Origin: Bispira polyomma
Lineage: Eukaryota
NCBI GenBank assembly: GCA_965649765.1
Contig: OZ287748.1
Coordinates: forward strand, 79,794,001-79,858,000
Direction: 5' to 3'
DNA length: 64,000 nt
Below the pieces are notes generated by a model. The model made no database searches. It was not told where the DNA came from and saw only the letters and a program-made list of their open reading frames with translations. The position numbers and the translations under genes were made by a program. Shown in pieces: positions 22,648 to 35,879 of this stretch. Position 1 is the first letter of the stretch; each line of letters begins with the position of its first letter.

Positions 22648-24945
22648 CAGTAGGTTTCCATTAATGGCTGAGGTTATTGGGGTGTACGTCTTTAGCCAAA
22701 GGATTTCTGTCCTAAGCCATGGCCATCCGTTGAATACTGACTTTACAAGTTATTACTAAGTATGCACAAGTGAAAATAAAACATATTCAAAGACTTGGCC
22801 AAGTGTTGGGTAACAAACCCACCATATTTTATTACATTTAAAGACTATTTATTTATTGCAGAGCACACAAAAATAGTTGTACACATATTTTATATTTATT
22901 TTAATATAGTAATATGTATAAATTACAATGTCATAATACAAAACAAATTAACATATTACAATAAATACCCAGCCCTCTAGTGGGCTTATAAGTCACTTTA
23001 ATATGTTTTAGCATAATATTGGCATGAATGGTTACAGCTTAACAAGGTCCATTTTGAAGTCATAGCACATTCAAAACAGAAATAAGGGATGCTTTATATG
23101 TATTACAGTAATATAGAAACTGGAAAAATGCAATTGTTGCTTAATTTACTCAAAGTGTATCCCTCAGGTTCCAAATGGTACGGGAGTTGTTTTCAGTAGG
23201 TTTCCATTAACACCTGAGGTCATTGGGGGTGTACCGTCTTTAGCCAAAGGATTTCTATCCTCGGCCATGGCCATCCGTTGAATACTGACTTTACAAGTTA
23301 TTGCACAAGTGTGCACAAGATTCCTAAAGTTTAATGGTGTATACACAAGGTATCTCGAAAGGTCATGCCTGGACGTTCATGTTGTGTTTAACTTTTAACT
23401 GTGCTATGGTATACTTTGTTTTTCTATCACCAAGGCATGGGTAGTGGGATATATACTTATTTCTCTACTGGTGATCCAGGTGGTCTTTAGGATCACAGAT
23501 CACAGTCTTTGGGATTTCAAAACGTAGCTGTAATGCGGGCCGAGCTTTGCATGCGTATGACCAAGGCATCCTTAGATGATGCACTGTGTTAAATTTGTCA
23601 CTGTATAAATTCTTTTACTAGGAAAAACAAAAGAGACTAAAAACAGAACTAATAGTTACAGGAAATCAAACTTTCCATAACAAAAACAAGATGAGTGATG
23701 TAACAACACAGGAAACTAATATACACCACAAGATGAAAGCAGACACCATGCCGAGATGAAATAGTCATATTACAATTAAGTGAAAGGGAAAATAGAGAAA
23801 AACACATGTTAGAGGAGAGTCTGGCTACAATGAATAAAATATTTACAATGCATATTAGTATTAAACTATTATTGTCACCCTACTAAGATATAGATGGGGG
23901 ACACCTACAGCCTGTCTGTCATGGTGGAGTCTTTAAATGACAATACACTTACAGGCAGTAATGGCTGTGGAAGTATAAACGACAATAATTTACCTCACAC
24001 CCCCCCTTCCTCCAAGGAACCCTCCACATGTTTGCCTGTGTCTGTTGGGTTTGTTTGTCACCAGGGCTCTTATTCACGAAGGGACTTAGACAAGTCTTAA
24101 ATTAGTATACTTTTGTTCTCGATTTAAGCCTAAGACCTAGCTAAGTCTCTTCGTGAATACAGGGCCAGGATTACACAAATGCTACTTGTATAGAGGGATG
24201 GGACATGGGCTAAGGGACAATTAATGAAACTTTGGAGTGTTCTGGAAAGAAAGATGGATCCTGGAGTTTTGTCACTGTGGTGCCAACTATGTTCACTGCA
24301 CAATTTCCAGTAGGGATAGCACTGTGGCTGGACATAATATTTTAAACGTCCAGACTGTAGCACACAGTGTGAGACTGGTCAACAATGTAATGTACATGTA
24401 TATTAATGTCTTATAGTAAAATATAATTTGTTTTTTTCTTTTCGGTCTCCCGTGGCCTAGTGCTTAGGGAGTTAGTTTTTCTTTTCCTGCTAAAATAAGA
24501 CTGCCTTGATTTAATGAAATGTAAGAGTAAAAACGAGTAAAAATTAGTTTATAAAATCGAAAGTTCTGATAACATAAGTTTGGATAATAGAGGTTCTACT
24601 GTAGACGGAGGTGTTGGATATGGTTGTGGCCACAGGTATAACAAAGTCGCACAGTTCAGGACACAGGGAATGTAACTGCAGACAGAGTTTTGTGATGTCT
24701 AATGTAAGAGTACACTATGGCTTTAAATGAGCCCCCTCAATCACCAAGAGACCAAGGAAATCATAATGCACAGACTAACTTCAAAGACTTGGCCAAGTCT
24801 AGGAAAATAAAACAGAACATATTTGATTAGATTGAAGGACTAGTTCTTTATTGCTGAGTACACATAAATACATGTCCACACATTACATAGAAACTCAAAA
24901 TGTAATTTTTGCTTAATTTACTCAAAGTGTATCCATCAGGTTACA
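22648..24945. repeat. Local shuffled duplications (22648-22755 ~ 23194-23303; 22786-22880 ~ 24780-24875; 23137-23170 ~ 24909-24942)
   Basis: Direct sequence similarity. Confidence 0.7.
24061..24168. mobile_element. Palindromic Harbinger-like MITE
   Basis: TIRs ggg..ttattcacgaagggacttag / ctaagtctcttcgtgaatacagggcc; same family as 36654-37077 and 39362-39470. Confidence 0.75.
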
Positions 24946-25423
24946 ATATAACCTTGAGAATATATAGAACATATTTTACAGGTTAAAATGTAACAATGAT
25001 TAAAGACATTTTGTTGCGATTGAAGTTCTTAACTTAAATTTGATGATGTCTGCATATATTGTACACAAGAAGCGAGCTAAAGCAGTGAAAAACCGGAGAA
25101 TAATAAAAGTATCAACTTCTAGTTTAGTGAAAAAAGTGGCACATACACAGATACACTGGTACACATACTTTAAATCAAAAGTCAAATCTCACCATAGAAC
25201 ATCACAAAGAGACAGACCACTAAATAGCCAAAACGTGTGAAATGTGACTGATCTTAAACAGCCAGTACAATATGAATCTGAGGTAATAGCTAGTGGAAAA
25301 TTCCAAATCAACACATACTGAGCATATTGTAAATTGATTAAATCAAAAAAAATTTCAAAATAACAGTTACAAAAAAATAACAGTAAAGACGACACATCAT
25401 AATAATTTACAATAAACTAAGTA

Positions 25424-25579
25424 CAGCAGAAACTCTATTATCCAAACATATTTCTACTCTTCCAGGGTTTTTATTGTTTTATACTAAAATACCTCTTCTA
25501 TTTTATGAACCTTCAATTATCTGGATAATTTATATCAATCTTACTCTCCCAATATGTGTGGATAATAGAGGTTCTACTG
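25424..25579. mobile_element. Tc1/pogo-type MITE (related copies near 24560, 34030, 45442, 51658, 63590)
   Basis: TA TSD; TIRs cagcagaaactctattatcc / ggataatagaggttctactg. Confidence 0.75.
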
Positions 25580-26894
25580 TACTGAAAAATAAAATGAAAA
25601 GTAACTATAATTTAATGGAAATAAAGTGGACCAAGGAAGATATGTATTAGTATTTGGTACTATGTCTTTTAAAGTTCTTTACTGTATTCATGTACAGAAA
25701 TATGTATACGACAATGTTAGCTTTATAAAGCTTGTTTGGAAAACGAGTTGTACATGGCCATTAAATAGAGTAGCACTTTTATACATTCCATCTTTAACAA
25801 ATACAACCAGAACAAAAGTGACACGGGATAAACAGTATGCTCTTCACAAAATATTTTTTTAAATACAACTTTTATCTTAAGTAAATTCATATTTTCCACA
25901 ACATTAATTAACAAATATATATCTTATACAAACAATGTCTATATTACAACATGACCAATTTTAACATGGTCCCATGTTATGTACATTTCCTAATATTGTA
26001 AAGTTTGTAATTTGAAATATGGCTATTAGTTTATGACATTGTAAGGTCAAGGGTGTAACCATGGTGATGTAAATCAACAGAAACAATAACAAGAAATAGT
26101 ATAGCAATCACAGTACATTTATTAACCTCATAAAAAATATAACCATATCACAGATAACTATATCACAGACAACTATATCACATAACACAACATGTTTCTA
26201 TCTCTTTCCCTTTAAATTTACTGCAATGTGATGTAGAAGTTCTATACCACCAATTTGCCACCCAAATTGATGTCAAGACATAATGGGGTTTGTAAGGAAA
26301 CTATGGAGTGTGTATTGAGAGAAATCTTTAAGTATAAATAAGCCTATGTGGAAAGGTATGACTTTAGATTAATTCTGAAAGCAGTTAGGTTTGTCGGATT
26401 GCAGGTATCAGGAGAAAGCTTGTTTCATTCACTAGGAGCTGCATAAACCTTAAATTTAAACTAAAAACTTCTTAATAAGCTTGAACAAGTATTAAATCAA
26501 GTATAATTTGTTTAACTTATTCTTGAAATCAAATACTTTCTTTGAATGGAAATATTGTCATATACAAGTTACAGACACCAGCAGAGTGGTGGGGGGAAAC
26601 ATAGGGTAATGTTACGGACAACAATAGACAATAAATACATGTCATATTAATCGTATAAACGATATACTTTGCAAAGCACAAGAAATTTTCCAGGTTTAAC
26701 TTCAGACTCCATAAGTATATGTATGTACAGTTGAACCTATGGAAGTGACCAATCTGACACTGATCCTTACTAATGTAAGTGCAACAATTATTCAGTTATC
26801 ACTTGACAACACCGATCCATACTAACCCATGTGCTACAATTAATCGGTTATAATTTGTCAACAGTGATTCTGGCTTCTTCTCCAATTACTACAA

Positions 26895-27230
26895 TTACTC
26901 TGTTACAAGTTGACTACACTGATTCTGGCTTCCTCTCCAATTACTACACTGAAAGCACAGACGTCCAGTGGCTGCTGGTCCATTGTGAATTTGAGCACCA
27001 CAGACATTACACAACATCATATTTGGTGCTGCAAGTTTTGTATGGCTAGCACACAACTTTGGCTTCACCCGAGTGACCTGATTTGGAGTCCAGACCCCAC
27101 AAATGACACACTTTTCGGAGTTCTTTCCACCACCAGGGCCAAACTTGAATTTGGTGGGAGCATCACAGAACACGCATAGATGGTATTCAGTAGCATTAAA
27201 AGCTGACACTGTCTTGGTACACCGCAGGCT
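26895..27230 (-). CDS. Terminal exon of the NACHT/TEP1-like gene: Cys/His-rich zinc cluster (PHF5A/Rds3-like ligand pattern)
   Basis: tttatacag acceptor, phase 0; SLRCTK..CVFC..CVIC..CASH..CNVC..CFQC..QCSQLVTE*. Candidate AATAAA at 26118-26123. Confidence 0.8.
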   Translation of the reverse strand, partial: SLRCTKTVSAFNATEYHLCVFCDAPTKFKFGPGGGKNSEKCVICGVWTPNQVTRVKPKLCASHTKLAAPNMMLCNVCGAQIHNGPAATGRLCFQCSNWRGSQNQCSQLVTE

Positions 27231-27394
27231 CTGTATAAACATATACAACATGGACAGTTGGACACTTTATGGTATGTTTTTTATTACAACGGACACAGTC
27301 TATGTACTGGATTAGGTCAGGCTGATAGACTAGTACAAAGGCGCTTAGGTGGATTTAAAATCCACCTTCACCTGTGACATATATATATCTTATA

Positions 27395-30210
27395 TAACAT
27401 AACATAACATATTGCATTTGATATTGCGCATTTTTACAATTCTGTTTCAAATGCGCATTTACATGTAAGTCTACTTGTAATACTTGTCAAAGAGATATTT
27501 CTTAACTTTTTTCCTAAACAGTTTTAGATTGTTACAGTCCTTGATGTTGCAGGGTAACTCATTCCACAATGATGGGCCGCTCACACTGAATGATCTTGAT
27601 GCAAAAGTGTGTCGGCTTGTTTTAGGTACATGAAGATTGTTTGAGAAAGTCGAGGATCTGAGTCCTTCTCTGAACACTGGTTTTTGAGTCAGCAGGTTTT
27701 GCAAATATTCTGGAGCATTTTCTTGCGGGCAATTGTACACAAGCACCATAATTAAGCGTCCCTTGAAAAGGGCGCTTATTTAGTTTCACCCCTGGTTTCC
27801 TCACCGCCGCCGCCGCATGGTCTTCCTTGAATATCTCCTTCAATATTATCTGCATCAAAATTATTTTTGGCAGTTCTCTTAACCAGGAGTGGGAAATTTT
27901 TTTGATATTCTTGGCTTTGAACTTTGGCCTACTTAAATGTCAGGTGACCCTGGGGGTGTAAAAGTGCTTGTCACTAGGTTTTCTCAAAAAGTATTCATCA
28001 TAGCTTAGTTAAATTTGGTATGTACCTTGGTAAGGCAATTTTCAGGACAGGAGACGCTGATGAGATTAATCGGATGATAATTGACCGATTGCCAACCGAT
28101 TGATTTTTATTGAAATGCGAAAAATCGGTACTTTTTTGCTATCTCGGAAACTATTGGGATTTCGGCTTTTTCTTGGTATAAGTTATTCATCTACTTTTTG
28201 ATTTTATGTATGATGTAAAAATTTCACAGTTCTAAGTCCAGTACTCAATGAGTACCGAGTACTTCAAACGAGTATTTTGCTCTATTTTGCTCTATCTTGC
28301 ACTGTTATCAACTTTTCTTTTGAAGTACTTGTCATAGTTCAATGAAATTTTCCATGCACATTGCAAATACCAAAGCATAGATGTCCGTAAATTTTTAGAT
28401 CAATCTGGTGATAATTGACTGATTGACAGGGTCGATCAATCATACAAAATGGGGAAAAAAATGTGTTGATGGGTGCTTTTTTGAGCGTGTGAGGATTTTT
28501 TTTATTTTTAATTTTAGACCAGTACATGTAGCGCGTAACTTTTAAAGAATAGCCAGAATTTTTATTTATTTTTTACCCCATCCAAAAATATGCGATCGTT
28601 ACTGATATAAAACGATTTTAATTTCAAAAATTTTAAAAATTAAGGTTTTTTTTTAAATGTCCATTATCTCTGAAACGGTGCTAGATAGAGCGATTTCGAG
28701 CTCATTTTCGACCCACAGGGTTGATTTTGCTTGTACATAAATTTTTAAGAAATTTTCAATTGTGGCGGCCATCTTGAATTTCTGCGTCTTTTTCGAAAAT
28801 GTCAATTATCTCGGAAACGGTGCTAGATAGAGCGATTTCGAGCTCATTTTCGACCCACAGGATTGATTTTGCTTATATGTAAACTTTTAAAAAAATTTCA
28901 ATTTTGGCGGCCATCTTGAATTTCAGTATCTTTTTTGAAAATGTCAGTTATCTCGGAAACGGTGCTAGATAGAACGATTTCAAGCTCATTTTCGACCCAC
29001 AGGGTTGATTTTGCTTATAAGTAAACTTTTAAAAAATTTTCAGTTTTGGCGGCCATTTTGAATTTCTGCGTCTTTTTTGAAAATGTCAGTTATTTCGGAA
29101 ACGGTGCTAGAGAGAGCGATTTCGAGCTCATTTTCGATCCACAGGGTTGATTTTACTTATATGTAATCTCTCAAAAAAATTTTAATTTTGGCGGCCATCT
29201 TGAATTTCTGGGTCTTTTTCGAAAATGTCATTTATCTTGGAAACGGTGCTAGATAGAGCGATCTCAAGCTCCTTTTCGACTCATAGGGCTGATTTTTCTT
29301 TTATGTAAATTTTTATAGTAATTTTTGATTTGGGCAACCATCTTCAATTTCTGCGTCTTTTTAGAAAATGTCTGTTATCTCGGAAATGGTGATCCTTTTC
29401 GAGCTTACATTGACCAAAAGTGCTGATTCTGCTTATATGTCAACTTTTAAACAATATCAAACCTTGTACACTAAACAATTTCATTATTATTTCAACTTTA
29501 GGGACGCTTCGTTTTTGTTATCAAAAATCGTATTCTAGTTTTGAATTCAATCCTGGCAGCAATTGGTAGCCAGTGAAGTAGCTTTCTGGATTCAGTCGAG
29601 CTTTCATATTTTGTCCTGTTAAGTACTAATTTGGCAGCTATATTTTAAACTCTTTGGAATTTCTTGATTGAGTTTTGTGGTAAACCAACAGTACACTATT
29701 GCAAAAATCGAGATGTGACATTACTAAGCCTAGAACTAGTGTGTGTGTTGCTTCCGTTGTAAGGGTGGATCTGATGTTTCTAATTCGGTGAATGTTTAGC
29801 ATAGCTACTTTGCATTTATGGGTAATATGTTGTTTGAAGTTGAGGTGGTTATCCAAATAGACTCCTAGATACTTAATGTCAGCGCTTGAATTAACATCTT
29901 CACCATTCACTTTTAAACTATGTAAGAAACATTTTTTGAGTTGCTTTGGATGGCCAAACAGGATGAATTCAGTTTTAGAGCTGTTCATTTTAAGACGGTT
30001 GGAATCCATCCACAATTTTATGTCCTCAGCACAATTTTCTAATGATCTAAGAGTGGTGGCTTCTGCTGAGATGTTGTTGGCTGAGAATGACAATTTGATT
30101 GCATGGTCGTCTGCATATCCGTGCAGTGACATATCAGCTGGAACTACGTATTTCAGGGTACTTGCATAGCTAGAGTGGAGAGTTGGACCTGCACAACTGC
30201 CCTGCGGTAC
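27395..30210 (-). mobile_element. 5'-truncated L2 LINE interrupted by a Helentron-associated element
   Basis: RT motifs VPQGS, HGYADD, KYLG; C-terminus SFSVSGPSLWNELP..KKYLF; (ATGTT)n tail. The frame ARIEFK-I-MVLVY is restored when 27753-29539 is removed. Confidence 0.9.
27753..29539 (+). mobile_element. Helentron-associated non-autonomous element (HINE/DINE-1-like), copy A, with a 142-bp tandem array
   Basis: 5' subTIR AAGCGTCCCT within a hairpin, (GCC)n, 142-bp repeats at about 28655-29450, 3' subTIR AGGGACGCTT, CTAGT terminus; inserted in a T run without TSD. Confidence 0.85.
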
Positions 30211-30528
30211 TGAGACATATACACATGGTGACATGTGTATACACTTAACATATACACATGTTGTACTGGTATATTTATTATTCAGGTTGATTTGTATATG
30301 TTTTTAGTGGTAATGATTACAATTTGCATTTAATTGTTAAAGATTTTACTTGATAATTTTTTTTCTTTGTAGCAATGTTTCATAGACCTACATTCTCTGT
30401 GGCTGAAGCCCAAAGCATTACATTGGAGATTTTTGTTGTTTATTTTTATTGCAAGTGAAATTTCTGTATTTAACAAAGCTTTTTGAAACTTTATAACTGA
30501 CTATGGACCAAAAAGGGTGAAAATCGGG

Positions 30529-30765
30529 GAAAAAACAGAAATTTTTCTGGCGCCAGGGGTCAAACTTTTCACTGACTGTGAAGGGGTTAAGCTCTCAGGT
30601 GTGGTGTTAAATTCTTACTGCTATTAGCCATATTTGAGTGGCGTGAGAAAAAACAGGAATTTTTCTGGCGCCAGGGGTCAAACTTTTCACTGGCTGTGAA
30701 GGGGTTAAGCTCTCAGGTGTGGTGTTAAATTCTTACTGCTATTAGCCATATTCGAGTGGTGTGTC
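30529..30765. repeat. ~119-bp tandem duplication spanning a piggyBac-like right terminus
   Basis: Two copies of ...ctgtgaaggggTTAA plus flank. Confidence 0.7.
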
Positions 30766-33635
30766 AATACTTATTTTTCGTCAATTTACGTCACCAATAC
30801 TTATGTCTCTGCATTCGAGTAGCGCTCAACCGTAAAGAAATAAGTATTGAACTAATTCATATATATCAGCTGCTAACTTCTATTACCAATGCCACGTGAC
30901 TTAAAAATGGTGGGACAAGTATCAAAATCCTATAATGAATGAAGTCCTAGTGTTATATTACACATATTTTTTTAATAAATATCTTACATGTACGCATATA
31001 TTCTCGTCTATCCATTTCAACAATGAAATACTGCCTTATATGAGCACATGTTCTTTAGTTTCCAAAGCACGCGATTACGGCAAATACGAAAATGAGAAAG
31101 TATATAAACAAATATAAAAATGGCTAACCGTATTTAACGTTAAATATCTCGGTCATTTTTCAACGGATTTAGATGCAACAAAAAGTACAATAATTGCAAT
31201 TAAATAAGCTTTCTCAAAAAAATTTTACAAAAATTTTAGCTTCAGTAATTTTTGAGTTATCGGCAATTTAGCTTTATACGTCGAAATGATGTAGGTTTAA
31301 CAAAAGCAGGCCAATATCAGCATATAGTTGTAGACGAAATGGGATTGGCTGAAAATCTGGGGATTACCAAACAATATATATTCTATAAGTATTCATATTC
31401 TACTGGCTTGCTTTTCTATAAGTATTTATTTTAATGCGCAGGTGGGCGGGGCCTAAATACTAATTGGAAAATGACGCCAGTAGAATAGCTCTATTGGTTG
31501 GCTACAGGAAGCAATCTGATTGGCTGAAACTATAACAATTCTAAGGAGCCCCTGATATAGCTACATCTGGATAAATGGTGACTATAAAACATTTTATACA
31601 TTGATTGTTCAAACTTAATCATCTGATGTCAAAAAATGATAAAATATGTAAAAATTTCTGATAAAAAGATATTGAAAATTTTAGTTGAAACTGAATGCTG
31701 TAACATTCCAGCTGAACAAGGTGACCCTGCAATTCACCAGACCAACTTCCCCACTAGGAGTTGAACCAGAGACCTTCTGATCACAAGGCCAACCTAACCA
31801 CTAGACCACAGGAGATAATAGAGGCATCTAAGTACATACAATCTATAAGATACTAAAAGTGCTGAATTTACATGTACCTCGATATTGAAATTTCCTTCCT
31901 TTTTACACAAGTTTTGGAAGGAACACTAAAGAGGTCAACAAACCATTGATTGATAGCACTATCATTGTGTATTAGACCAGAGTTACACAGTGGCTGCTTC
32001 TATTAGTGATTGTTCCCAATACATGACTCACAAAAGCTTCCAAGTGGACAGAACAATGCACCTAACTTATTGTATGTTTGAAACAGTGTAGTATCCAACA
32101 CACCAAATATCTTAATGTGCTTTGTGTAGTTGTCCTGGTCTTGTTTGAATATATTTAGATGTGACTAACTCTTTTAATTAAAATGTCAAACTTGAATCGT
32201 TAAAGAGATGTAACTTAAGAATAAACCATTGCTCCTGTATTCAAACTTGAAACTTTTAAAATAAACAGGAAAAACATTGCCAAAACTTATCAGGGATAAG
32301 TGGAGTACTAGTAAATATACACAAAAAAAGACAACAAAAACAACCCCAAATGCTATTTCTGGTAGGATTAATTCTTCTACCATTATTCTACAACATATGT
32401 AACAAATTTTCCAGAAATTCTTTCCAAAATGAACAATGCTCAGGTGTGCTCAGGTATGCTACTGTAATGATAGTGTTTAATTACATCCTACTATAGTGCA
32501 AACATTTACATATTTCTCATGATTTCTTTCGAAAAATAAATGTAGTTTGTTACAGGTACGACAGGGAAAAAAAAATTCCTCTTAATTATCTTGATTTATC
32601 GAGATATTATCTCGACAATTCAAAAAAAAATGTTGACCTTTATAAATAAAATATATAAAGGTTGGCCCTTATACCCTTCCCTATACACGATTGATCCTTT
32701 TACTTTTATACTCTCATTGTAACCGATTTCACATAGATTCTTCCAAAAGTATTATGAAACTCTTTGAGTAGATTGATGAAGACATCAATGTCAAGCCTAA
32801 CAAAACTTTGTAGGAGAATGTAGTGCACATTATGCAAACAACTGTGGATTTTTTTTTGGGGGGAGGGAATAATTTGGAGCAACAATTGCATTAATTCTTA
32901 GTTTTAGTACGTTCCCTCAAATAGATCAGGGCAGCAGAGATTAGCACAGTTTATGACCTGGGCCGGGGAATAAACTGAACACTAAACACATACTCAAGCT
33001 GATCTGAAGGCTGTTTGTGTATGTGAAAGTCCTGGTATAGAAAATCAAACCCAACACTGGTGCAACCAGTTTTTGTATTTAGATCTTTTAATGATTAAAT
33101 TCATAAATCGAGTCAGGTGTTCATATAAATGTTTAGGAAATTACAGTAATCAGAAATATAAAAACTACAAATTTAAGTTCAGTATAAGTTTAAGCTTGAG
33201 GATAGTGTCTTTTTTTAAAACTAGGCCTCAGGGTCATATTTTACATAACTTGTTATTCTTAAACTCACCATAATCTCAAAATAAGCCAAGGTATTTGTTT
33301 GTTAGCAAGAAAGATGTCTAAAATCTGAAGAATTACCAACGTTTTGTGCTGGAAGCTATTCGCTCTATTTAAACTATTTCAGGTTATTTAATGCAAAAAA
33401 TAGCTAAAATCTAATCTCTGGTGAAACTTTTAACCAAAGCAGTACCGGGTATTTCCATAGTTCCCACAGTAGGGTTTTAACTTGTTCCAAAACATTATAT
33501 GCACACTTTATCTCTTTCTCACAAGAATGTAAACAATGGTTTCCACCATTTCTTTGAGATGTTGCTACAAGTACCTGGGTTTGTTACTCTCATCAAGAGA
33601 TACACTTTGTGTCAAACTGCTTTGTCAGGATTTTT

Positions 33636-33882
33636 GTTACCTCCACCAAAGACGTTATGTTTTTGCCTGTGTCTGTTAGGTTTTTTGTTACCAAGACTAC
33701 ACAAAAACTACTGCACTGATTTCACATAAAATTTTGTGGAAGGATTGAGCACATGGGCCAAGGGAAGAATTCATTCAACATTAGAGCAGATCGGAGTAGA
33801 AGCGAAGGTCCATGAACTTTTATTTTTAGTTTTTGGCTTGGGTATGTGCTGTACTCCATGCACTTTTAGTTTTATCAGACAC
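33636..33882 (+). mobile_element. Short degenerate HINE-type element (related fragment at 63090-63185)
   Basis: Head ttacctccaccaaag..ttatg; tail ..ttggc..cacttttagtt. Confidence 0.55.
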
Positions 33883-34579
33883 TTAACGTCTGTACAGCAC
33901 AAAAACAAGACAGAAAGTTTTCGCTCTGAAAAGATCATCGAGATATACATTATACGTGACTTAAATTTGTTGTGTTTAAATGACAAAACATTGTGAAAGC
34001 TTTCTCCAAATATTTAATTTATTGCTATAGAATTTCAATTATCTAAACTTCTATTGTCCAAATATTTAATTTTTTTATGACTACAATTCCTCTCTCCAAA
34101 ATATTATATTGTCGTATTGTTCTATTGGTATTCTACTGTCGTGTACAGAAATGTCTCTTAATTTATGAACCTTCTATTATGCAAACTAAATTTTGCTCTC
34201 CAACATGTTCGGATAACAGAGGTTCAACTGTAGTTGTATGTTTGACCTTGATGCCAGTGTTACTACTACTGTAGAAAAGTATGACCTCCAATAGGTCATA
34301 CATTATTACCAATATAAATGTATTCTTAAATATTCAGTTTCTTTTAACATTTTAAGATCTAAAACAAATACATGTAAAGCAATTTTAATATGTTAAACCG
34401 GATGTAACTAAACAACAATGTGTAACTTTATTAATGGATTATGAGCAGCTTTCAATCTAAAAGGGCTCATTATTAGCAATATATTCATGTAGTCTTTCCT
34501 GCTTTCCTGCATCAAACACAACATAACAATACGGCACCAGTAACTCAAAGAATAAAGCAACAATGAAGGATGCATTTAA

Positions 34580-34762
34580 ATCACTCTCACTCATGTGGGT
34601 TTGAATGCTGTTTGTTCCTTCATGTGACAAAGTTTTCAGGTACTTGCCGTAGGTCGGTGGTTTACAGTGCTTCAGCACTGGTTTTTTCCACCAATAAAAG
34701 TGACTGTTGCAATATAACCTAAGCTGTTGAAAGTGACGTAAAAACCCAACTGAATTCAAATG
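34580..34762 (+). mobile_element. SINE core/tail fragment
   Basis: ggtcggtggttt..ccaccaataaaa.tgac..aatataac..gttgaaagtgacgtaaa resembles the tail of the SINE at 10082. Confidence 0.65.
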
Positions 34763-34799
34763 TAAAACAGTTAGGAATGTATATATTATTATAACTTAC

Positions 34800-34872
34800 C
34801 ATTGCATGCTTGACTCTGAGCATCTGGGGTGTACTGAAAGATCTAAAGTCATTCCTCAGAAAATTCAGCAAT
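34800..34872 (-). CDS. NACHT/TEP1-like gene, penultimate exon (LLNFLRNDFRSFSTPQMLRVKHAM)
   Basis: ttttccag acceptor and gtaagt donor; phase 2 in, phase 0 out, matching both neighbouring exons. Confidence 0.8.
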
Positions 34873-35014
34873 CTGGAAAATTAGAAATTTATCAAAACAC
34901 ATACAGGAAGGAACTTAATTAAAACTTTAAATAAAGGGTATCTTTGTTTAAACAAGTTATATTTTTGTGATGGATAATGTTCTAAAGGGTCTGGACAGAC
35001 TGTATGACTTTTAA

Positions 35015-35286
35015 CTCTTTCGACCGTAGTTTGTCGATTAGCAGCCAAAAGCAAATGTTACTTCAGAACCTTTGTCTGTCGGCAAGCAATTGACACCCAA
35101 AAAATATTATTTTAATTTCCTTCAATTATCGCAATACAAAATTGTTAAAAGCAAACTTCCATGAGGTCGTTGTTTAATGCCGGAAGTAGTTTGTAGTGTG
35201 TGTTTTAGTGACTTTAGCTATCTGTCACCTATTACCGAAAAATTTCCTTCAGTATTCGGTGGTACTTTTTTGGCAGTAGCAAAAGG
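35015..35286. mobile_element. piggyBac-like MITE
   Basis: TTAA on both sides; weak TIRs ctcttt/aaaagg. Confidence 0.45.
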
Positions 35287-35730
35287 TTAATAAGAAAGAT
35301 ATCACTGGTCCTACTCAATCAATTAAGGAAATCCAAAGGGGGAAAAAACAAAATCTGCGACTTTAATTAACAATAATCATTGCAGTAATTTGCTGTATTA
35401 TAAAAAAAATGTTTAACAGGAAAAACGAAACAAACAAGTTTTGCTTATCTTCAGGCAGAATTTTTAAATTTATAAAATATCATTGTTTGTGATCTTCCAT
35501 GGCCTAGTGGTTAGGGCGTTGGTTTGGTGATCAGCAGGTCCCCGATTTGATTCCTGGTAAAACCATAGTTGTCTTTAGGAATTAACATCCATGGTTGTCA
35601 CTATGTATTAGGATCTTTGTTAATGGTTTATCAATTCTGATGCTACACTTTAGAAAATCCCCCTACCACCATTAAGGCACGTTAAAAATCAATAATACAA
35701 TAAAACAACACAATACATCAGTCTTATTAC

Positions 35731-35879
35731 CCAACTTTATCTTTTGCATTTTCTAAATGGTATGGCAAATCCAGGGCAGTGCAGCTCTTGTCCTGGCAGA
35801 CATCTTTGTAATATGCAGCTAGAAGACTGTGCCATGTGGTCTGAACTCTGCCTGTTGACAAGACCTCTTTCTGTACAGC
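35731..35879 (-). CDS. NACHT/TEP1-like gene exon (AVQKEVL..WHSLLAAYY..LDLPYHLENAKDKV)
   Basis: AG/GT boundaries; H..LA.Y and LPYHL motifs typical of the post-NACHT helical region of TEP1/NWD proteins; in frame with 59766-59969. Confidence 0.85.

Noticed and set aside
28655-29450. CRISPR-like or coding repeat
   Set aside because: Head-to-tail 142-bp monomers inside a Helentron-associated element; no spacers and no ORF.
26895-34823. Stand-alone PHF5A ortholog starting at ATG 34823
   Set aside because: The sequence is far too divergent for the highly conserved PHF5A, and the exon phases link it to the upstream NACHT-type exons.
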